From positions 320,001 through 384,000 of the forward strand of contig JBMNIH010000004.1 in NCBI GenBank assembly GCA_050950825.1: a stretch of DNA of 64,000 nt, read 5' to 3'. The translations under genes were made by a program, and so were the position numbers. Below are positions 57,596-64,000 of the stretch, one piece after another. Each line of letters begins with the position of its first letter. The first letter of the stretch is position 1. Below the pieces are notes generated by a model, which had not been told where the DNA came from, did no database searches, and worked only from the letters and a program-made list of their open reading frames with translations. This DNA comes from Clostridia bacterium. Lineage in GTDB: Bacteria; Bacillota; Clostridia; JAAYHZ01.

Positions 57596-58576
57596 ATGGA
57601 AGCGGAGGAATTGGTGGATAATATCGTTCAAAAAAGTATACATTTCACGGACAATGAAATCATGATGAACGTTTTCGGTAATCGGGACGAAAACTTAAAA
57701 ATAATCGAAGAAGCGCTGGGTGTTTCCGTTACCGTTCGTGACAATGAAATTAAGGTTTCGGGAAATCCGGCCGCGGTAGATAAAGCCGTAAGCGTGATAG
57801 AAAACGTAATGCCGATTGCACAATCCAACGATGTCATAACCAAACAAAATATTTTATATTTTCTGTCCTTGGCCGAGGACGGAACCGAAGTGGACAAGCA
57901 CAATTACCCGATTGACTGTGTATGTGTAACGGCAAAGGGATTGCAAATTAAGTCAAAAACCTTCGGCCAAAAACAATACGTGAAGGCAATGAAGGAAAAT
58001 ACCGTCACCTTTGGTATCGGTCCTGCGGGGACGGGGAAGACTTTTTTGGCCGTCGCCATGGCGGTAAGTGCATTTCGAGCCAAGGAAGTGGACAGAATCA
58101 TATTGACTCGCCCGGCGGTGGAAGCGGGAGAAAAGTTGGGATTTTTGCCCGGCGACCTGCAGCATAAAGTGGACCCCTATTTAAGGCCTTTATACGACGC
58201 ATTGTACTTTATGCTCGGACCGGAGCAATTCCACAAGCATCAAGAAAACGGTGCCATCGAAGTTGCGCCCTTGGCCTACATGAGGGGCAGAACGTTGGAC
58301 ACCTCCTATATCATCTTGGATGAAGCCCAAAACACCACTCCGCAGCAAATGAAGATGTTTTTAACCCGAATCGGGTTCGGATCGAAAGCGGTGGTGACGG
58401 GAGATATCACCCAGATCGATTTGGACGGAAAAAGGTCCGGTTTGGTGGAAGTGATGCACATTCTAAAAGGAATTGAGGGTATTGCCTTCGTCCATTTAAC
58501 GGAAAAAGACGTGGTACGGCATGAATTGATACAAAAAATCATCAAAGCATACGAAAAGTACGAGCAAAGACGATAA
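57596..58576 (+). CDS. phoH: PhoH-family ATPase
   Basis: GPAGTGKT, RPAVEAGE.LGFLPG, YMRGRT, DEAQN. Confidence 0.93.
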   Translation: MEAEELVDNIVQKSIHFTDNEIMMNVFGNRDENLKIIEEALGVSVTVRDNEIKVSGNPAAVDKAVSVIENVMPIAQSNDVITKQNILYFLSLAEDGTEVDKHNYPIDCVCVTAKGLQIKSKTFGQKQYVKAMKENTVTFGIGPAGTGKTFLAVAMAVSAFRAKEVDRIILTRPAVEAGEKLGFLPGDLQHKVDPYLRPLYDALYFMLGPEQFHKHQENGAIEVAPLAYMRGRTLDTSYIILDEAQNTTPQQMKMFLTRIGFGSKAVVTGDITQIDLDGKRSGLVEVMHILKGIEGIAFVHLTEKDVVRHELIQKIIKAYEKYEQRR

Positions 58577-58593
58577 GAAGGAGTAGCAATGGG

Positions 58594-60885
58594 GTGAAAT
58601 CCGGAAAGAAAACCGACAAGAAGAAGCCGAAGAAAGAGGAGAGAGTCGAAAAGAAGCAATTGAATAGGTCGGAAAAAAAACAGAGAGTGATTAAAGACGT
58701 CCTTGTATATATCGGGACGGTATTCTTTTGCTATGCCATCATATTAACGGCGGTTATGCCGAAAAAGTACGATATTAAGCCGGGAGAAAGAAGCACCTAT
58801 GACATCTATGCGCCCAGAAATGTGGTCAACATGGTTTTAACGCAAAAACGGGCGGAAGAAATGCGCAACCAAATTCAACCGGTGGTCGTACGAACCGATA
58901 TTTCGTCGGAGCAGTTAAATACCGTAACGGATATTTTTATGTCCATTCGTAACCTACGAAATGAAATGGCCGGTACGGTTGCCGCAAACCGATACGACAT
59001 ACCGGGATTTCAATCCGGAGCCATTGCAAAAGGGGATATTCCCGTCGGCATCCCCATTTTCTCAAAAGAAAGAAAGTTTTTAGACGATTCCTTGGCTTCA
59101 GGGAATAAGCTTTTGGAAAGCTATCATATCGAAGTTACCGGTACAAGCCTTGAAGACATTTACATATACGCTTCGGATAGAGAAATCGATCAATTGGAAA
59201 AAAGCATTCGAGACATCTTAACCTACGTATATGAACACGATATTTTCGATGACAACTTGGATACCTTTTTGGAATTTGCCGATATTCGCTTAAGGGGAGC
59301 GAATATTAAGGGGCATTTGGACGATATAGGACTCAAGATACTGAATTTGACCATCAAGCCTAACTGCATTATCGATCATGAGCACACAAAGATGCTTAAA
59401 GATCAGGCTTATGCCAATGTGATGCAGAATAACAAGGTAGTAATCAATGCCAACGAAAGGATTGTCAGTATCGGGGACATCGTAACGGAAGATATATACG
59501 TCATGCTGGAAGATTTGAATATGATTAAGGACGGAAAGACCAATTACTATTTCTATGTTTCGGTCTTCCTGATCACCGTCCTCATATTCGTTTTCCTTTT
59601 CGGTTTCTATTTCACCGTCATTCGAAACATAAAAAAAGGTAACATTCGACCCGACAATTCCTTGATGATCGGCAGCATTATTATTCTCATGCTGGCAATC
59701 GCAAGGTTGATGCCGAGCAGCTACTTTTATTTCATTCCGATCTATACCGTGGTAATGCTTCTTACCGTTTTGGCCAACGAACGAGTGGCCTTTACGGGAC
59801 ATTTGGTTGTCATTTTATGCATCTCCTTTATGTATAATTGGGATATTCCCTTTATGGTGACCTCCATATGCGTCGGAACCTTCACGGTCTATTTAATGAA
59901 ATCCTTTAAGATGAGCCGCAGCCGTATATCTTTGTGCGGCTTGATTGCCGGAGGCTTGAACGTACTTGTATTGTTTGCCTTTGCCATGTATTATGGCTGG
60001 ACTTGGAAGGATTTCGGCTTGAAAGCGGCTATGATTTTCTTGAACGGGCTGTTTTCCGCCGTCATAACGTTAGGCTTCCTGCCGGTTTTCGAAATGGCTT
60101 TTGATGTAATCACCCAGTTTAAGCTTCTCGAATTGATCAACCCGAAGCAGGAGCTTTTAAAAGACCTGATGTCCAAAGCGCCCGGGACCTACCACCACAG
60201 CTTGATGGTTGCCAATTTGGCACATCAAGCCGCCGAAGCCATCGGTGGAGACGGGCTTTTAGCCCGAATCGGCGCATATTACCACGATATCGGCAAATTA
60301 GGCCGACCTGCTTTCTTCTCCGAAAACCAGCGTGCCGGGTACAACCCCCATGATAGGATGAATCGGCCGGACTTAAGCAAAAAAGTCATTATGGAGCATG
60401 TGGAATACGGTCTGGCGTTGGCAAGAAAATACAAGCTCCCGTCGTTCATCGATGAGTTCATCGTTCAGCATCACGGAACCACGTTGGTGGCCTACTTTTA
60501 CCACAAAGCCAAAGAAAGAGACAAAGAAGGCAACGTAAAGGAAGAGGATTACCGGTATAAAGGGACGAAGCCCATGAGCGTGGAAGCCGCCGTGGTGATG
60601 CTGGCGGATTCGGTGGAGGCGGCGGTAAAATCCTTGGATTTTTCCGAAGAGGAATTAACCAAAGAAAAATTGGCGGCTTTTATTGATAGAATCATTCGTC
60701 AAAAATACGAGGACGGGCAGTTGGAATACTGCGATTTGACATTCGCCGATTTGACGAAAATTCGGGATGCTTTTGTGGAAGAGTACAACGGCTATTTCAA
60801 AATGCGTAATATTGAATATCCGAACGGCAACGGCGAAGACGAAGCAAATAACAGCGGAAAAGACGGTGATAACGCATCAAAATAA
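58594..60885 (+). CDS. pgpH: 7TM-HD phosphohydrolase (cyclic-di-AMP phosphodiesterase PgpH/YqfF)
   Basis: N-terminal TM, extracellular domain, TM bundle, APGTYHHS, YHDIGK, F.ENQ, HHGT, MLADSVEAA. Confidence 0.85.
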   Translation: MKSGKKTDKKKPKKEERVEKKQLNRSEKKQRVIKDVLVYIGTVFFCYAIILTAVMPKKYDIKPGERSTYDIYAPRNVVNMVLTQKRAEEMRNQIQPVVVRTDISSEQLNTVTDIFMSIRNLRNEMAGTVAANRYDIPGFQSGAIAKGDIPVGIPIFSKERKFLDDSLASGNKLLESYHIEVTGTSLEDIYIYASDREIDQLEKSIRDILTYVYEHDIFDDNLDTFLEFADIRLRGANIKGHLDDIGLKILNLTIKPNCIIDHEHTKMLKDQAYANVMQNNKVVINANERIVSIGDIVTEDIYVMLEDLNMIKDGKTNYYFYVSVFLITVLIFVFLFGFYFTVIRNIKKGNIRPDNSLMIGSIIILMLAIARLMPSSYFYFIPIYTVVMLLTVLANERVAFTGHLVVILCISFMYNWDIPFMVTSICVGTFTVYLMKSFKMSRSRISLCGLIAGGLNVLVLFAFAMYYGWTWKDFGLKAAMIFLNGLFSAVITLGFLPVFEMAFDVITQFKLLELINPKQELLKDLMSKAPGTYHHSLMVANLAHQAAEAIGGDGLLARIGAYYHDIGKLGRPAFFSENQRAGYNPHDRMNRPDLSKKVIMEHVEYGLALARKYKLPSFIDEFIVQHHGTTLVAYFYHKAKERDKEGNVKEEDYRYKGTKPMSVEAAVVMLADSVEAAVKSLDFSEEELTKEKLAAFIDRIIRQKYEDGQLEYCDLTFADLTKIRDAFVEEYNGYFKMRNIEYPNGNGEDEANNSGKDGDNASK

Positions 60886-60887
60886 AA

Positions 60888-61367
60888 TTGGATATTGACA
60901 ATCGACACGAAAAGTTTCGATTAACATTGAAGATGAAAAGAATTCTTCGCAAAATAGCGGAAAAAAGCTGTCGGTCGGAGGGTTTTCTATACCCTGTTAT
61001 GATCGGGCTGCTTTTTGTAAATAATGAAGAAATGACCCGCATCAACGGGGAGACTCGAAACATCCATCGCGTAACGGATGTGCTGTCCTTTCCCATGCTG
61101 AACATGGTAAACGGCAAAGTAGAATTAAAGGAAGAGGATTTTACCGACGGTAAAAACACCGTTTATTTGGGAGATATCGTCATTGCGCCGGATGTGGTCG
61201 AAGAACAGGGGAAAGCATACGGCCACGGCTTTACAAGAGAATTGGGATTTTTATTCAGCCACGGTATGTTTCATCTTTTAGGGTACGACCATATGGACAG
61301 CGAAAATGAAAAGATTATGATGGATAAGCAAGAAGAAGTGTTGTCTTCGTTAAAGATAACGAGATAA
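60888..61367 (+). CDS. ybeY: rRNA maturation endoribonuclease YbeY
   Basis: TDVLSFP, LGDIVI, HGMFHLLGYDH. Confidence 0.93.
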   Translation: MDIDNRHEKFRLTLKMKRILRKIAEKSCRSEGFLYPVMIGLLFVNNEEMTRINGETRNIHRVTDVLSFPMLNMVNGKVELKEEDFTDGKNTVYLGDIVIAPDVVEEQGKAYGHGFTRELGFLFSHGMFHLLGYDHMDSENEKIMMDKQEEVLSSLKITR

Positions 61368-61382
61368 AAGAACGGGGGAAAA

Positions 61383-61775
61383 ATGATAAGCGACGGTGAA
61401 TTGGTTATAAAAGCGGCGGAGGCGGCGGAAAAAGCTTATGCTCCGTATTCCAATTATAAAGTGGGTGCCGCCGTATTAACCGAAGACGGAAAGATCTATA
61501 CGGGCTGTAATATTGAAAACGTGTCCTACGGTGCAACCGTTTGTGCGGAACGTACGGCCATCTTCAAAGCGGTTTCGGAGGGACACCGAAAGCTAATAAA
61601 GCTTGCGGTTTTTTCACCCGATTCGAAAGAGTACGTAATGCCCTGCGGCATATGCCGCCAAGTGGCCGTCGAGTTCGGAGGAAAAGACCTTGTCGTATTA
61701 TGTGCCGGCGAAGCGGGGATATATAAAATATATACCTTAGAGCAGCTTTTACCGGAAGCTTTTATGGAATTTTAA
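61383..61775 (+). CDS. cdd: Cytidine deaminase
   Basis: AYAPYS.Y.VGAA, NIEN, CAER, PCG.CRQ. Confidence 0.95.
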   Translation: MISDGELVIKAAEAAEKAYAPYSNYKVGAAVLTEDGKIYTGCNIENVSYGATVCAERTAIFKAVSEGHRKLIKLAVFSPDSKEYVMPCGICRQVAVEFGGKDLVVLCAGEAGIYKIYTLEQLLPEAFMEF

Positions 61776-61796
61776 AAGGAAAGGAAGATCCTTTGG

Positions 61797-62693
61797 ATGA
61801 GTTTTAAATCGGGATTTGTAACCATTGTAGGAAGACCCAATACGGGAAAATCCACGTTAATCAATCAGATAATCGGGGAGAAGCTTGTGATCATTTCGGA
61901 TAAGCCCCAAACTACCCGAAACGTCATAAGAATTATACTCACCGATGAAAACAGCCAATTAATATTTTTAGATACTCCGGGAATTCATAAGCCCCGAACC
62001 AAATTAGGGGAATACATGGTGGATATTGCCAAGGATACTTTAAAAGGTGTGGACGCCGTGGTGTTTCTCACCGACGATTTCCGAGGCGAGATTGGCCCCG
62101 GAGACCGGCATATCATTGAACAGCTGAAAGCCGTAAAAACACCGGTGATTTTGGCTATTAACAAGATTGATACGGTGCCGAAGGAAAATATTCTTAAAGT
62201 GATCGATGTATACCGCAAGGAGATGGAGTTTAGCGAAGTCGTACCCATATCGGCCTTGACGGGGGAAGGGGTTTCACGCTTGGTTTCCCTCCTTCGAGGG
62301 CTAATGCCGGAAGGACCCATGTATTATCCTCAAGACTATGTTACGGACCAGCCGGAAAGGCAGATTGCCGCGGAATACATTCGTGAAAAAATATTGAACC
62401 TGATAAGGGATGAAATTCCCCACGGTACCGGAGTGGAAATCATAACCTTTAAGGAAAGAGAAGAAAAGGATCTTATCGATATCCAAGCGGATATCTATTG
62501 TGAAAAAGAATCCCATAAGAAAATTATTATCGGCAAAAGCGGATCCATGCTTAAAAAGATCGGAACGGAAGCCCGAGTTGATTTGGAAGCGCTTTTAGGC
62601 TGTAAAGTGAACCTGCAGTTGTTTGTAAAGGTTCGTGAAAACTGGCGCAACAGCATAACTGTCATGGATGCGCTGGGGTATCGGAAAAAATAA
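61797..62693 (+). CDS. era: GTPase Era
   Basis: GRPN.GKST, PQTTR, DTPG, NKID, KH domain IIIGK.G..LK.IG. Confidence 0.95.
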   Translation: MSFKSGFVTIVGRPNTGKSTLINQIIGEKLVIISDKPQTTRNVIRIILTDENSQLIFLDTPGIHKPRTKLGEYMVDIAKDTLKGVDAVVFLTDDFRGEIGPGDRHIIEQLKAVKTPVILAINKIDTVPKENILKVIDVYRKEMEFSEVVPISALTGEGVSRLVSLLRGLMPEGPMYYPQDYVTDQPERQIAAEYIREKILNLIRDEIPHGTGVEIITFKEREEKDLIDIQADIYCEKESHKKIIIGKSGSMLKKIGTEARVDLEALLGCKVNLQLFVKVRENWRNSITVMDALGYRKK

Positions 62694-62714
62694 AGAGAAG
62701 GCACGGGAGAACCG

Positions 62715-63467
62715 TTGGAAGTCATTAAAACAAAAGGTATCGTCATAAAAAGCATCAAATATGCCGAACAGGATAAAATCATCACGGTTTTGACCCGGGA
62801 TTTGGGTAAGATTACGGTGATGGCAAAAGGGGCCATGCGACCTAAAGGAAATTTAGGCGTAGTGACCCGTTTTTTAAGCTGCTCGGCTTTCTCCTTATTC
62901 AAAGGAAGAGACATGTACGTACTGCGAGATGCCGAGTTTATTACCAATTATCCCGGTATTGAAGCGGATATCGAAAAGCTGACCTATTGTTCTCATTTTA
63001 CCGAAATGATTGCGGATATCGTACAAGAGGCGCAGCCCAATCAGGAAGCGGTGGATCCCTTTTTGTACGCCGTCATTCGCATGAATACGGCAAAACCGGA
63101 GGATTATGAATCCATACGGATACTTTTTGAGCTGCGTTCGGTTTTTACCATGGGGTATACTCCGCGGCTAGAAGGCTGCATTGCTTGCCGTAGCGAAATT
63201 GAGGAAAAAGGGTATTTTTCCATCACCAATGACGGCTTGTACTGCAGCGTACATAAGCCTTCGGGAAGCTTTGCGGTAGTAACCCGACAGGAAGTGGAAA
63301 TTCTGCGATACATCGCAGGATCCTCCGCTAAAGATTTGTATCGAATTCGCATACCTAAAGAAGCGCAAGATACGTTAGCCCTCGTATCTCGATTGTATGT
63401 AGAAAGCAAGCTGGAAAAAAAGTATACGAAGCTGGATATGCTTTCGGCTTTACGACCGAAAAGGTGA
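62715..63467 (+). CDS. recO: DNA repair protein RecO
   Basis: GIV......E.DKI.T..T...GKI...AKG, GY.P.L..C..C; position after era. Confidence 0.9.
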   Translation: MEVIKTKGIVIKSIKYAEQDKIITVLTRDLGKITVMAKGAMRPKGNLGVVTRFLSCSAFSLFKGRDMYVLRDAEFITNYPGIEADIEKLTYCSHFTEMIADIVQEAQPNQEAVDPFLYAVIRMNTAKPEDYESIRILFELRSVFTMGYTPRLEGCIACRSEIEEKGYFSITNDGLYCSVHKPSGSFAVVTRQEVEILRYIAGSSAKDLYRIRIPKEAQDTLALVSRLYVESKLEKKYTKLDMLSALRPKR

Positions 63468-63475
63468 CGGATTGC

Positions 63476-64000
63476 TCACTCTTTTATCTTTTCCTTTAAA
63501 TAATGAACGGCCAATTCCCATTTGTAGACGGAATATTGGTTCTTTCGGAATATGAAACGGTGATAGTCCTCTCCGATATAGAATTCGAAGATTCGATTGG
63601 ATTGGATGTTACAGCCTACCATATCCTTAATTAAGAATTCGGTGGTTTGCCGTCTTTCGTTAATGAATAAAAGTCGATCCGGTTTTAAAACCATTCTTCC
63701 CAAAGCGATTTTTTTCGGAACGCCGATTTTTTTTCCTTTGAATAAAACCACGTCGCTGTCATCAAAGATTACTTTTTCAGGGTCCGATATTTGGTCCAAA
63801 TCCTCATGCAGCTTTTGGATTTGCCACTTGTTCCAGTCGCGGGGATTGTCAAAGTACAAGGTATCGGATTCGGTTTCAAAAAACCCGGTTTTCGTAAAGG
63901 TGGTTTTGTAATTGCATTCGGTACAGTAAAAATCGTTTCCTCGGGAAACCAAGGTTTCAAGCTGTAGGCACTGAGGACAGGTAAACAGCATAAGCTCCAG
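63476..64000 (-). CDS. C-terminal part of a gene running out of the window; Zn-ribbon-containing tail as in long clostridial lysophospholipid acyltransferases
   Basis: Frame open to base 64000; LE..LF.CP.C......S.GN...C..C motif. The family call is tentative because the catalytic part is outside the window. Confidence 0.5.
   Translation of the reverse strand: MELMLFTCPQCLQLETLVSRGNDFYCTECNYKTTFTKTGFFETESDTLYFDNPRDWNKWQIQKLHEDLDQISDPEKVIFDDSDVVLFKGKKIGVPKKIALGRMVLKPDRLLFINERRQTTEFLIKDMVGCNIQSNRIFEFYIGEDYHRFIFRKNQYSVYKWELAVHYLKEKIKE

Noticed and set aside
1-64000. tRNA, rRNA, IS elements, integrases, toxin-antitoxin or restriction/defence genes
   Set aside because: None recognised by eye; intergenic gaps are short and mostly explained by promoters and terminators. 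A covariance-model scan would be needed to exclude small ncRNAs.

Overview
64 kb of chromosome from an endospore-forming Clostridia-type Firmicute, judged from spoIID/spoIIQ/pdaA/yqfCD and sigA/sigE/sigF-type promoters. I found no rRNA, tRNA, CRISPR array, transposase or phage core gene. About 1-53 kb is a patchwork of carbohydrate and amino-sugar catabolic and accessory genes; 53-63.5 kb is a sporulation plus housekeeping block (spoIID-spoIIQ-pdaA-yqfC-yqfD-phoH-pgpH-ybeY-cdd-era-recO). Best candidate for an undescribed system: a ~15 kb, 12-gene catabolic operon (30389-45563). It lies behind two perfect CGTTAACGTTAACG operators and encodes five Gfo/Idh/MocA oxidoreductases (three with GH109-like motifs, two of those a tandem duplicate), an amidohydrolase, an L-arabinose-isomerase-like enzyme, a GNAT, an FGGY kinase, an orphan solute-binding lipoprotein, an extended class III aminotransferase and a LacI regulator. 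I infer it degrades a rare amino-sugar or glycoside. Also notable: a gnd / mannonate oxidoreductase / LarA-family epimerase cluster; two 5'-truncated genes joined back to back at ~49.8 kb; an XRE regulator with an acidic heptad coiled coil and eight helical repeats; and a trpS with no T-box whose Shine-Dalgarno is separated from the likely start codon by a hairpin. All functional calls come from motif recognition by eye, not database searches.
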